From an uncultured Gemmatimonadota bacterium (GTDB lineage: Bacteria > JAAXHH01): a stretch of 64,000 bases of DNA. The translations under genes were made by a program, and so were the position numbers. Below the pieces are notes generated by a model. It ran no database searches and was not told where the DNA came from. It worked only from the letters and a program-made list of their open reading frames with translations. Position 1 is the first letter of the stretch; each line of letters starts with the position of its first letter. Positions 18,054 to 27,469 of this stretch are shown here, one piece after another. The stretch is from NCBI GenBank assembly GCA_951812955.1, contig OX638340.1:3360001-3424000 (forward strand), written 5' to 3'.

Positions 18054-19223
18054 ATGAATCGATACGACAGAATACTTCTCTCGATAGCCGTTGCGCTCCT
18101 GGCGGCCATCCGGGTGGATCCAGCCGCGGCGCAGGACGCGTCAGTTGAAGCAGAGCCGGGTCTTATTCCCGGTCACATCGAAGTCGGCGGCGTGGTGCAA
18201 CTTTCGGCATCCCACGAACAGTCGTACGGAGGCGGAAGCACCACGTCCACCGCCGCCGAGCAACTGGAACTCGGGATCGGGATCGAACTGCACGAGTGGG
18301 TTGGAACCGAGGTCATCTGGATCCACGAACATGAAGACGAGGAAGCCGGCGACGAGCATGGACACGACCTGGGATTCTTGACGGCCACGGTCATTGTCGG
18401 TCCCCACGAAGGCTCCTGGTGGCTAAAGGGCGGGGTGCAATTCCTGCCCTTCACCCTATTCGAACTCGCCAGTGTGCACGCCGTACACGACGCGACCATT
18501 GGACCCTTCGAGTCGGCCGCGATCGTCGACCCGTTGTCCTTCGAGTACGGAGAAAAGCTGGAGAAATCGTTGCAGCTGGGGGTTTCGGTGGGTCAATTCG
18601 AAGGAAGTCTCTTCGGTTTCTACGGTGACGACCCACGGTCGTCCGGCAACAGGGCTGGATACGGTGCTGCGATCGGGTACAAGGATGCCCTGGACAGTGG
18701 TCCCGAATTCGCGGTAAACGTTTCTTTCATCGATGATCTCGGCGGACTGGATCTTTTCGCGGAGGAGCTATTCGATGAATCAGGGGCGGCAGATGGAGCG
18801 CACCAACGCACCGACGCGAACGAAGATGACCGTGTTCCCGGCTGGGCGGCGGCCACGCAGCTTGCGTTTCAGTACCTGACGGTTACGGGTGAATTCATGA
18901 TTGCCCAGGACCGGTTCAGTCCCTCGGTACTAACATTCGGTGACCGGGGGGCCCGGCCTTCGGTATGGGTACTCGAGGCTGGTTTCGCCTTCGAGTTGGC
19001 GGGTAGATCGGGAGAAGTCGTAGTGGCAAGCCACGGGACCTCGGAAGCGGCCGGCCTGGCCCTGCCCGCGACGCGATTCGTGGCGGCTCTCAACGTCGAC
19101 CTGTGGAACGAGAGGCTGATCGGCACCGTCGAATGGGTACGTGACAGCGACTACGGGACGTCGCACGACGGCACCGGTGGAGTCTTGAATACATACACCG
19201 CTCAATTGGGCATGGAATTCTAA
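18054..19223 (+). CDS. Outer-membrane beta-barrel protein, porin-like (candidate phosphate/anion porin by context)
   Basis: Signal peptide MNRYDRILLSIAVALLAAIRVDPAAAQ. Alternating amphipathic strands. C-terminal ...YTAQLGMEF ends with the aromatic residue typical of OM barrels. AT-rich promoter-like region 17941-18053 upstream. Confidence 0.5.
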   Translation: MNRYDRILLSIAVALLAAIRVDPAAAQDASVEAEPGLIPGHIEVGGVVQLSASHEQSYGGGSTTSTAAEQLELGIGIELHEWVGTEVIWIHEHEDEEAGDEHGHDLGFLTATVIVGPHEGSWWLKGGVQFLPFTLFELASVHAVHDATIGPFESAAIVDPLSFEYGEKLEKSLQLGVSVGQFEGSLFGFYGDDPRSSGNRAGYGAAIGYKDALDSGPEFAVNVSFIDDLGGLDLFAEELFDESGAADGAHQRTDANEDDRVPGWAAATQLAFQYLTVTGEFMIAQDRFSPSVLTFGDRGARPSVWVLEAGFAFELAGRSGEVVVASHGTSEAAGLALPATRFVAALNVDLWNERLIGTVEWVRDSDYGTSHDGTGGVLNTYTAQLGMEF

Positions 19224-19254
19224 TGGAACCCGGATCCACCCTGTCCGGCCAGCG

Positions 19255-19509
19255 TCAACGCCCGACACCCCGGTCGCCGAAGGGCGTGGTCGGAATGTGA
19301 CGCTCGTTCAGGGCGAGTCCCAACCGGGACAGGCCTTCGGGATCTCCCCAGGCCAGGACCGATTTTCCGGCACGTGTCTGGTCGAGCACGCGGCTGATGC
19401 ACCGGTTAAAGAACGGTTTCGCCGGAAACATCACGGTAACCCGGTCCGATTTCCCCCGGCTCCACTTGAACACCTTATTGCCTTCGAATCCGCGGTAAAT
19501 GATTACCAT
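19255..19509 (-). CDS. Hypothetical small protein (84 aa)
   Basis: ORF with a plausible SD (AAGGGG, about 7 nt upstream). No recognisable motif. Confidence 0.3.
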   Translation of the reverse strand: MVIIYRGFEGNKVFKWSRGKSDRVTVMFPAKPFFNRCISRVLDQTRAGKSVLAWGDPEGLSRLGLALNERHIPTTPFGDRGVGR

Positions 19510-19787
19510 ACTCTACCCCTTTCCGAAAGCATCCCAGAATTACTAAACATAAGATAAGCATAAACTGGTAAGTTGTCAACTTTTTACCGGTTTTTTTAGT
19601 TTAGCAATCGGCCAAGCATCGCGTTCTGGCAAAGATCCGGCTTTCCACACGGAAACATCCCGCGTATGGAGTCCGGGGTACGCTGAAACGCGCTGCTTGA
19701 TGCTTATATTCAATCTTTCAGTCGGAAAAGGGCTCGAAAATCCGTGAAAAACGTAGAGATCCGGCTTCGCGCCGCGTTATTTCCTGG

Positions 19788-20312
19788 TCACCCGCCTTCC
19801 GGTTTCGGCATGACGGCGCCGCAAATCTTGCAGGTCCGGTTCTCCTCGCTGCTGAAGAACCGGTTCATGACGGGCGGCAACTGGCTGACGATGTCTTCCA
19901 GTTCGAAACGTTCCTCGTAGAGTTTTTTCCCGCAGCTTTCGCAGTACCACATGAAACCGTCGATCTCACCGCTTCTGCGCCTGGTCTCCATTACCAGGCC
20001 TACGGTATCGGCCGGCCTCTGGGGCGAGTGCGGCACGCCGGCGGGCAGCAGGAAGATCTCGCCTTCCCGGATCGGGACGTCCACCGGTTTCCCGTCCTCG
20101 ATGATCTTCAGTATGATGTCCCCCTCCACCTGATAGAAAAACTCCTCGCCCTCGTTGTAGTGGTAGTCCTTTCGGGCGTTCGGTCCGCCGACTACCATGA
20201 CGATGAAGTCTTCCGCCTCCGTGTAAACGCACTGGTTGCCGACCGGGGGTTTGAGGAGGTGCCTGTGTTCGTCTATCCAGGCCTTGAAGTTGAAAGGAGC
20301 CGTTACCGGCAT
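19788..20312 (-). CDS. nbaC: 3-hydroxyanthranilate 3,4-dioxygenase (HAAO/NbaC)
   Basis: Collinear with bacterial and eukaryotic HAAO: KPPVGNQ...DYHYNEGEEFFYQVEGD...IREGEIFLLPAGVPHSPQR. C-terminal rubredoxin-like CxxC...CxxC. Confidence 0.88.
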   Translation of the reverse strand: MPVTAPFNFKAWIDEHRHLLKPPVGNQCVYTEAEDFIVMVVGGPNARKDYHYNEGEEFFYQVEGDIILKIIEDGKPVDVPIREGEIFLLPAGVPHSPQRPADTVGLVMETRRRSGEIDGFMWYCESCGKKLYEERFELEDIVSQLPPVMNRFFSSEENRTCKICGAVMPKPEGG

Positions 20313-20328
20313 GATCGAACCTCCTTTT

Positions 20329-20742
20329 TCAGATGGTGGCGATGCACTTCAGTTCGATGGCGATTTTGGTCGGCAGGCGCGAAACGCCGACCGTGGTGCG
20401 GCAGGGCTGGTTGTTCTTGAAATACTCGCGGTAGACCCGGTTGAACACGGCGAAGTCCGCCTCCATGTCGGTGAGGTACACGGTAATGTCCACGAGGTGC
20501 TCCCAGTCACTGCCCGCGTCTTCGAGGATACTGCGGACATTGCGGAACACGGAGTGGCACTGCGCCTCGATATCGTAGGACTCGACCTCTCCGTCCGGCC
20601 CCAGCGTCACGCCCGGGATATCCTGCCGGCCCCTGGCCCGGGGCCCGATACCCGAAAGAAACAGCAGGTTCCCCACCCGGCGGGCATGGGGGTAGGGTCC
20701 GACAGGTTCGGGCGCGCGGTCGGAATCATAATGCGGATGCAA
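20329..20742 (-). CDS. RidA/YjgF-family protein, probable 2-aminomuconate deaminase
   Basis: RidA fold signature (...PVGPYPHARRVGNLLFLSG...TVYLTDM...). Sits between the AMSDH and HAAO genes, as in nbaF/amnD-type clusters. Confidence 0.7.
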   Translation of the reverse strand: MHPHYDSDRAPEPVGPYPHARRVGNLLFLSGIGPRARGRQDIPGVTLGPDGEVESYDIEAQCHSVFRNVRSILEDAGSDWEHLVDITVYLTDMEADFAVFNRVYREYFKNNQPCRTTVGVSRLPTKIAIELKCIATI

Positions 20743-20790
20743 AGATAGCCTCCAATTCGACCTGCAATGCCTGGTTCCGCATAAAATCTC

Positions 20791-22230
20791 CTACATCTTG
20801 ATACACACGTTCTTGGGTTCCGTGAAGAAACGCAGGGCCTCGATTCCTCCCTCCCGGCCGACCCCCGACTGTTTCATGCCACCGAATGGCGTACGGAGGT
20901 CCCGCAACATCCAGCAGTTGATCCAGATGATGCCGGCGTGCAGACGTTCGGCGACGCGATGGGCCCGGCCCAGGTTTTCGGTCCACAGCATGGCGGCCAG
21001 GCCGTATGGCGTACCGTTGGCCTGGGCGATCACGTCCTCCTCGGTATCGAAAGGCAGGAGCGAAACGACGGGACCGAAGATTTCCTCCTGGTTGGTCCGG
21101 CAGTCCGGTGGCAGGCCTTCGATCACCGTAGGCGCTACGAACCAACCGTCCCGACAGCGCCCGTTTACCCGAACCCGTTGGCCGCCGCAGAGGACCCGCC
21201 CGCCTTCGTCACCGGCCAGTTCGATGTAGGCGAGGATCTTGTCCATGTGGTCCGCGGAAACGACGGCGCCGAGCCGGTTGCCCGCAGACCTTGGATCGCC
21301 GACGGTCAGTTGCCGGGTCCGTTCGACGAAATCGTCCCGAAAGGTGTCGTAGAGCGGCCTTTCGATGAAGATGCGCGGACCGCACAGGCAGATCTCGCCC
21401 TGGTTGGAGAACGAGGAAAGCAGGGCGGTCTGTAATGCATCCTCATAGGGACAGTCCGCGAAGACGATATTCGGGTTTTTCCCGCCCAGTTCGAGGGAAA
21501 TCCGCTTGAATAGGGGCGCGGCCGCGGCCGCGATCTTCCTGCCCGTGTCCGTTCCTCCGGTGAAGGATACTGCGTGAACCCGGGGATGTTCCACCACGGC
21601 CGCTCCCGCCTTGTGGCCGTAGCCGTGCACGATGTTCAGCACACCCGCCGGCAATCCCGCTTCCCTGCAGATCCCGGAGAGCAGGAACGCGGTGGTGGGG
21701 GTAAGTTCGGACGGTTTGCCGATCACGCAGTTTCCGGCGGCCAGCGCCGGCGCGATCTTCCACGTCAGCAGGTAGAGGGGCAGGTTCCAGGGCGATATGC
21801 ACCCGGCGATACCGATGGGGCCGCGCAGGGTATAGTTGAGGGCGCCTTTACCCATGGCGTGGGATTCGCTGGAAAAGTGCTCGATGGCCGTGGCGTAGAA
21901 CCGGAAGTTGCTCGCGGCGCGGGGGATATCCACCGATTCCGCCAGGGCAACGGGTTTGCCCGTATCGTCCGATTCCGCGAGGGCCAATTCATCTCGCCTC
22001 TCCTCGATCAGGTCGGCAATGCGGTGGAGATACCCTGACCGATCCTGGACGGACAGGGATGACCAGTCCGGAAAGGCGTTTTCCGCCGCGTTCACCGCTT
22101 CTTCCACATCCCGGCCGTCCGAGTCGGGAATCCCGCCCAGTACGGTGGCCGTGGCGGGATCGACATTGTCCAGGTAGCCGCCGCCGACCGGTTCGCGCAA
22201 TTCGCCGCCGATGTAATTGAGTATGTGCAT
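20791..22230 (-). CDS. Aldehyde dehydrogenase, probable 2-aminomuconate-6-semialdehyde dehydrogenase (start at the ATG at 22230; the longer ORF to 22329 is rejected)
   Basis: ALDH family: N-terminus MHILNYIGGE, catalytic ELGGKNP and GEICLCGPR(I) Cys motif. Context within the kynurenine operon. Confidence 0.8.
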   Translation of the reverse strand: MHILNYIGGELREPVGGGYLDNVDPATATVLGGIPDSDGRDVEEAVNAAENAFPDWSSLSVQDRSGYLHRIADLIEERRDELALAESDDTGKPVALAESVDIPRAASNFRFYATAIEHFSSESHAMGKGALNYTLRGPIGIAGCISPWNLPLYLLTWKIAPALAAGNCVIGKPSELTPTTAFLLSGICREAGLPAGVLNIVHGYGHKAGAAVVEHPRVHAVSFTGGTDTGRKIAAAAAPLFKRISLELGGKNPNIVFADCPYEDALQTALLSSFSNQGEICLCGPRIFIERPLYDTFRDDFVERTRQLTVGDPRSAGNRLGAVVSADHMDKILAYIELAGDEGGRVLCGGQRVRVNGRCRDGWFVAPTVIEGLPPDCRTNQEEIFGPVVSLLPFDTEEDVIAQANGTPYGLAAMLWTENLGRAHRVAERLHAGIIWINCWMLRDLRTPFGGMKQSGVGREGGIEALRFFTEPKNVCIKM

Positions 22231-22339
22231 TTGCAGAGAGAACCGTCGGGAATGCTGTGTCAGAGACGTCAGGTACGAGCCGCCTCGCAGGGTAACCGGT
22301 AATGTAGACCTGGCCGGACGGCCTGTCAAGCCGGGGGCC

Positions 22340-22466
22340 GCCGCTCACCAAAGCCTCTCCGCGGCCGTTGCCATGCTGTTTCGTGGCCGCTGCTCACCAG
22401 GGCCTCTTCGCGGCCATTGCCCTGCTTCTTCGTGGTCGCCGCTCACCAGGGCCATGCTTCAAAACC
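22340..22466. repeat. 49-bp tandem repeat, ~2.3 copies, in the intergenic region between the KMO and AMSDH genes
   Basis: Units start at 22340, 22389 and 22438: GCCGCTCACCAAAGCCTCTCCGCGGCC... / GCTGCTCACCAGGGCCTCTTCGCGGCC... / GCCGCTCACCAGGGCC (truncated). Confidence 0.7.
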
Positions 22467-22497
22467 ACGCACGCCGTGTTTCACGTGCCTGCCGTCA

Positions 22498-23862
22498 TCA
22501 GGTTCCGAGCCGCTCGCTGACCAGCCGTTCCGCCAGGTCCCAGTCCACCTGCTCTTCCGCGGATATGGAATCGCAGATTTCCCGTAAAATGCCGTCCTGG
22601 ATTTCACCGCTGCGCAGCGCCTCGCTATAGGGAAACCGGTGGAATGACACCATGGAATAACGGGGGATATACAGGTCGGGAAACTTCCGTTCCAGCAGGA
22701 AACCCACCTTCTGCCTGAGTTGAAACCCCGGGTCGCTCACCTGGTCGCGCATCTCGACGTAATTGGCCAGCGCCATGTCGGCGATGGCATCCGTGTCTTC
22801 CTTCCTGCGGCGCCCGAAGGACTCGAATACCGTTTCCCAGTCCGGCCAGTATGCCTCGATACATTCGTCGAGGACGGTGCAGTCCTCGAAAGCGCAGTTC
22901 ATCCCCTGGCCGAAGAAAGGCACGATGGCGTGCGCGGCGTCGCCCAGAAGGAGGACCCGGTCACGATAGTGCCAGGGAAAACACTTGAGCGTGACCAGCG
23001 ATCCCGTGGGATTGTCGAGGTACAGCGTGGTCAGATCGGGCATCAGCGCCGCGGCATCTGGGAACTGCGACTTGAAAAAGTCCAGTATCTGCCGCGGGTC
23101 CAGGAGGCTGGCGAAACTGTAATCGCCTTCGTGGGGGAAGAAGAGGGTGCAGGTAAAGCTGCCGTCCAGATTCGGCAGCGCGATCAGCATGTACAGGCCC
23201 CGCGGCCAGATGTGGAGGGCATTGGGCTCCATCCTGTACGCACCGTTCGTCCCCGCTGGAATGGTCAGTTCCTTGTATCCGTGGGTCAGGTACTGCTGGG
23301 AGAGGTCGAACCGGCCCACGTTCATCATGGCGGTTCGTATGGCCGAAGCGGAGCCGTCCACCCCGATGATCCGCTTCGGGCGGAGCGAGTGGACGTGATT
23401 GGTCGCGTCGTCGCGGACATACAGCACACCGGTACGGAACTCCACCCCCGTGCACCGGGCGTTGAAATGCAGCCGTACGCCGTCCTGCCGTTCCGCGGCG
23501 CTGAGCAGGACCCGGTTCAGTTCGCCGCGGGATACGGAGTAGATGACCTCTTCGTCCCGCTGGCCGTAAGGCTGGAGGACCCGTTCGCCTTTCACGGGAT
23601 GAATCAGCCGTCCCGCCATGGGTATCGCCATGCCCAGGACTTCGTCTTTGAGACCGACCTGCTGTAGCGCATGGAGTCCACGGGCGGACATGGCCAGGTT
23701 GATCGACCGGCCGGCTTTACCGGCGCCAGTCGAAACCCGACGGATATCGGGCCGCTTTTCGTATACTTCGACCCTGAAACCCCGGCGGGCGAGAAAAACC
23801 GCCAGCAGGGATCCTGCGAGACCCGCGCCTACCAGGGTTATGGTCTCCCGTTTGACACCCAT
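22498..23862 (-). CDS. kmo: Kynurenine 3-monooxygenase (FAD-dependent; start at the ATG at 23862)
   Basis: FAD fingerprint ITLVGAGLAGSLLAVFLARRGFRVEVYEKRPD, DG motif IIGVDGSASAIR, GD motif LLGDAAHAIVPFFGQGMN, and a KMO C-terminal tail. Confidence 0.85.
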   Translation of the reverse strand: MGVKRETITLVGAGLAGSLLAVFLARRGFRVEVYEKRPDIRRVSTGAGKAGRSINLAMSARGLHALQQVGLKDEVLGMAIPMAGRLIHPVKGERVLQPYGQRDEEVIYSVSRGELNRVLLSAAERQDGVRLHFNARCTGVEFRTGVLYVRDDATNHVHSLRPKRIIGVDGSASAIRTAMMNVGRFDLSQQYLTHGYKELTIPAGTNGAYRMEPNALHIWPRGLYMLIALPNLDGSFTCTLFFPHEGDYSFASLLDPRQILDFFKSQFPDAAALMPDLTTLYLDNPTGSLVTLKCFPWHYRDRVLLLGDAAHAIVPFFGQGMNCAFEDCTVLDECIEAYWPDWETVFESFGRRRKEDTDAIADMALANYVEMRDQVSDPGFQLRQKVGFLLERKFPDLYIPRYSMVSFHRFPYSEALRSGEIQDGILREICDSISAEEQVDWDLAERLVSERLGT

Positions 23863-23902
23863 GGGTACCCACATTCGGTTCGAAACCGGAATGAAAACCA
23901 GG

Positions 23903-25195
23903 TCAGCCGACCGAGCCCAACTCCCCCGCCATGACCTCCACGAAACGATGGACATCCGTGTAGCGGTTGTAGAGCGGAACGGGGGCGACGCGGATCACGT
24001 CGGGTTCCCGCCAGTCGCACCGGATGCCGTGCTCCGACAGAATCCCGTGTACGCGGCGTCCTGCCGGCCCCGTCCTGATCGAAAGCTGGCATCCGCGCTG
24101 TACCGGGTCCGGCGGCGAGATGATGGACAGCTCTTCCGGCAGGCGGGTCCGGAGCAGGTGTTCCATGTACCCGGTCAACCGCATGCTCTTGTTTCGCAGC
24201 CGGTCCATGCCCGCCTCGTCGAAGAGTTCCAGCGAGGCGCGCAGGGCCGCAAGGGGCAGGATCGGCGGATTGCTCAGCTGCCAGCCTTCCGCCCCCGGGA
24301 TCGCCTCGAAAGCCGGTGGCATCCGGAACCGGGTGGACTTGTCATGTCCCCACCAACCGGCGAACCGGGGGAGATCGTCCCTTCGGCCATGCCGTTCGTG
24401 GACGAAGCACCCGCCGACGCAGCCGGGTCCCCCGTTCAGGTACTTATAGGAACACCAGGCGGCGAAGTCGACGTCCCAGTCGTGGAGCCGCAGGGCCAGG
24501 TTGCCCATGGCGTGGGCGAGGTCGAATCCCACGACGCACCCTTGCCGGTGACCCGCCCGGGTGATCCGTTCCATGTCGAAGGCCTGTCCGGTCAGGTAGT
24601 TCACCCCACCCAGGAAGACCAGGGCGATGGTCTCGCCTTCCCGTTCGATCAGGTCCTCGATGTCGGACGTGCGGATCGTGTCCTCCCCTTCCCGGGGCCG
24701 CAGCTCGATCACGCTTTCGGCAGGGTCGTATCCATGCCAGGCGGCCTGCGAAGCCACGGCGTACCGGTCCGAGGGGAATGCGGAGCCTTCGATGAGGATC
24801 CGGTTTCTCCCCGGCGTGGGGCGGTAGAAAGAGACCATCATCAGGTGCAGATTCACCGTGAGGGTGTTCATGGCCACGACCTCTCCGGGCCCGGCGCCTG
24901 CGAGACGGGCCAGCGGGTCCGTGAGCGCTTCGTGGTAGGACATCCAGGGGTTATCTCCCTCGAAATGTCCTTCGACGCCCAGCCTTCGCCAGTCTTCGAG
25001 TTCCCGGTCCACGTAGTCCCGGGCGGCTACCGGCTGGAGTCCCAGCGAATGGCCCACCAGGTAGACCGCATCCCCCCCGTTTTCAGCGCGGGGAAAATGA
25101 AAGCGGGACCGGAAGGCCGAAAGGTCATCGGCGGCGTCCAGTTCTGCGGCGTCGGTTTCTGTGGCGTTCATTGGGAAATCGATTCGATCATTCAT
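23903..25195 (-). CDS. kynU: Kynureninase (PLP-dependent)
   Basis: Collinear with KynU: ...AVYLVGHSLGLQP...MNTLTVNLHLMM...CSYKYLNGGPG (PLP-Lys region). Confidence 0.88.
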   Translation of the reverse strand: MNDRIDFPMNATETDAAELDAADDLSAFRSRFHFPRAENGGDAVYLVGHSLGLQPVAARDYVDRELEDWRRLGVEGHFEGDNPWMSYHEALTDPLARLAGAGPGEVVAMNTLTVNLHLMMVSFYRPTPGRNRILIEGSAFPSDRYAVASQAAWHGYDPAESVIELRPREGEDTIRTSDIEDLIEREGETIALVFLGGVNYLTGQAFDMERITRAGHRQGCVVGFDLAHAMGNLALRLHDWDVDFAAWCSYKYLNGGPGCVGGCFVHERHGRRDDLPRFAGWWGHDKSTRFRMPPAFEAIPGAEGWQLSNPPILPLAALRASLELFDEAGMDRLRNKSMRLTGYMEHLLRTRLPEELSIISPPDPVQRGCQLSIRTGPAGRRVHGILSEHGIRCDWREPDVIRVAPVPLYNRYTDVHRFVEVMAGELGSVG

Positions 25196-25198
25196 GGG

Positions 25199-26251
25199 CT
25201 AAACGGTTTCTCCAAAATACCGGTCGGCTTCCAGGTTCAGCCAGGCCAGGGCGGAGCGGTACAGCAGCCTGGACTTGACGTCATCGTCCAGGTGGTCCAT
25301 GGATTCGATCATCCTGCCGGGCACCGCTTCGCCGAGGGGGAACGGGTAGTCGGAGCCCAGGGCGATGTGGTCCGGGCCGATAAGGTGGATCAGGTAGTCC
25401 AGGATGCGGCTGTCATGGACGAGGGAATCCAGGTAGAATCTGCCCAGGTAGGCACTGGGAAGCACGTCGTTGTCCACCGCGCACAGATCGGGGCGTGTCT
25501 TAAAACCGGAATCGATGCGCCCGATGGTCGCGGGAAAAGAACCACCGCCGTGGGCGAATGCCACGCGCAGCTTCGGCAGGCGCTCGAATACACCGCCGAA
25601 GATCATGGAACAGATCGCCCGGGAAGTCTCGGCCGGCATGCCCACCAGCCAGGGCAGCCAGTACTTCTCCATGGTCTCCTGTCCCATGATGTCCCAGGGA
25701 TGAATGAACACTGCCGCGCCCAGTTCAGCCGCCGCTTCGAACACCGGGAACAGGTGGGGTTCGCTCAGGTTGTTCCCATTGATGTGGGTACCGATCTCAA
25801 TCCCTGAAAGCCCCAGTTCCCGGACGCAACGCTCCATTTCCCGGATGGCCATGTCGGGCGCCTGCATGGGTACGGTGCCCAGGCCGATGAACCTCCGGGG
25901 CCAGGTGTGGATCACTTCGGCAATGTGGTCGTTCAGCATGCGGGACAGGTCCAGCGCGTCCGCCGGCTGGGCCCAGTAGCTAAACATGACCGGGACAGTG
26001 GAAAGGACCTGTACGTGCACGCCCGCTGTTTCGCATTCGCCGAGCCGGGTCAGCGGGTCCCAGGAATTGGCCTGGATTTCGCGGAACCGCCTGCCGTCGA
26101 TCATCATGCGCGCGCAGCCAGGATGGTAATGTTCCAGTTCGACGAATCCGCCGTACCCGTACCGTTTGCGCAGGTCAGGCCAGTTTTCCGGCAGGATATG
26201 GGTGTGGATGTCGATCTTGGGTATGGGCCTGGGGCCGGTGTAGTCGCACAT
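25199..26251 (-). CDS. 2-amino-3-carboxymuconate-6-semialdehyde decarboxylase (ACMSD, amidohydrolase_2)
   Basis: N-terminus KIDIHTHILPENWPDLRKRYGYGGFVELEH parallels human ACMSD. Metal ligands HxH...H...D conserved. 3-nt gap to kynU implies translational coupling. Confidence 0.85.
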   Translation of the reverse strand: MCDYTGPRPIPKIDIHTHILPENWPDLRKRYGYGGFVELEHYHPGCARMMIDGRRFREIQANSWDPLTRLGECETAGVHVQVLSTVPVMFSYWAQPADALDLSRMLNDHIAEVIHTWPRRFIGLGTVPMQAPDMAIREMERCVRELGLSGIEIGTHINGNNLSEPHLFPVFEAAAELGAAVFIHPWDIMGQETMEKYWLPWLVGMPAETSRAICSMIFGGVFERLPKLRVAFAHGGGSFPATIGRIDSGFKTRPDLCAVDNDVLPSAYLGRFYLDSLVHDSRILDYLIHLIGPDHIALGSDYPFPLGEAVPGRMIESMDHLDDDVKSRLLYRSALAWLNLEADRYFGETV

Positions 26252-26492
26252 GGTTCTAGGCGGGGTTATGGGCGGCGGGACGTGGGGACCGCCTGCCGAT
26301 GAGCTCGATGACGGCGCGTTCCAATACCCGGCCGGGGACCGGTAAATGCAGAATCAGGATAACGGGTAACGCGCCCTGTTGTCAAGGGTATTGCGGGAGG
26401 TCATATCCGTGCTGCCCGGGCGGGAATTTCGGCCCCCGCGACCACTCCGGCGGCGTTATCGCCTCTTTGGACCGTGCCCCCAGAGGCCGCGC

Positions 26493-27464
26493 TCAGGGTA
26501 ACGCTTCACGATAGGGGGACAGATCGATCCCCGGGAAGGCATGCTCCAGCAGTCCGAGGGTCTGTGCCGTGTAGTAGGGATGACCGGGCTCGGGCCAGCC
26601 GAACAGCGACCGCACCCGAGGCGTCGTCCGCGTGATGAATGGCAGCATGTATTCCCGCTCTCCGTAGATGAAGGGATTCGAGAACCGGGTCCACCGGTCG
26701 GCGTCGCATCGGCACATGGACAGCGTCCACAAAGCCCGCTGTTTCTTCCGATTCTCAAAGGGTTGCGCCGAATGGAGCAGGTAGGAGGAATAGAAGAGCG
26801 CGCTTCCCCGCTTGCCCACGGCTGGGATCGGATCTTCCAGGCCGGCCTTGCGGATGTCCCGGACGTGACTTACGCCCGCCATGTTGCCGGATTCCCAACC
26901 ATCGGCGAATACCCCGGCCGCCCGCGTGTGCGAACCGGGAACGAGCAGCATGGGCGCACCGTCGTCGTCGACGTCATGGAGGTACACGCCGGAATTGACG
27001 TAAGAAAACCGTCCGGCGTCATCGGACGGCGGAAGTACGCAATTGGTGTTGTGATCGACGTGGTACCCGCTCCAAGGTTCGTCCGGATACCGCTCGTCCA
27101 CCGGCCCCGTGCGCATGAAGAGATGGGCGTTGCAGTAACTGGGCCTGTCGCCCAGGAACAATTCAAAAAGATCGAGATAACGGTCGTTCTCGATGAGCCG
27201 GTCCAGGCGCGGATCTCCCACGGGAAACTGGGACCGTCCCGCCACCTCGTCCTGCTTCGTGGTGAACCCGTCTCCCACGGATCCATGTTCGCCGCGTTCG
27301 AAGTCATCGAGCCAGGATGCGTACGACTTGCCGTAGAGATTCCCCTCCATGGCATCCAGTGCGGCGTCCATTTCCACGTCGCTGAAGACGTCCGGAACCA
27401 GGATGTAACCATCGCGTTGAAACTGTTCCAACATGGCGCTCCTCCGGGTGTCGTTGACGACCAT
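26493..27464 (-). CDS. Phytanoyl-CoA dioxygenase (PhyH)-family Fe(II)/2-oxoglutarate oxygenase
   Basis: PhyH N-terminus FQRDGYILVPDVFSDVEMDAALDAM. HxD...H facial triad context. Confidence 0.65.
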   Translation of the reverse strand: MVVNDTRRSAMLEQFQRDGYILVPDVFSDVEMDAALDAMEGNLYGKSYASWLDDFERGEHGSVGDGFTTKQDEVAGRSQFPVGDPRLDRLIENDRYLDLFELFLGDRPSYCNAHLFMRTGPVDERYPDEPWSGYHVDHNTNCVLPPSDDAGRFSYVNSGVYLHDVDDDGAPMLLVPGSHTRAAGVFADGWESGNMAGVSHVRDIRKAGLEDPIPAVGKRGSALFYSSYLLHSAQPFENRKKQRALWTLSMCRCDADRWTRFSNPFIYGEREYMLPFITRTTPRVRSLFGWPEPGHPYYTAQTLGLLEHAFPGIDLSPYREALP

Positions 27465-27469
27465 CGAGA

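Noticed and set aside
23618-25807. 729-aa plus-strand ORF
   Set aside because: Antisense to the kynureninase and ACMSD genes. Arg/Pro/Gly-rich with no motifs. A typical high-GC antisense artefact.
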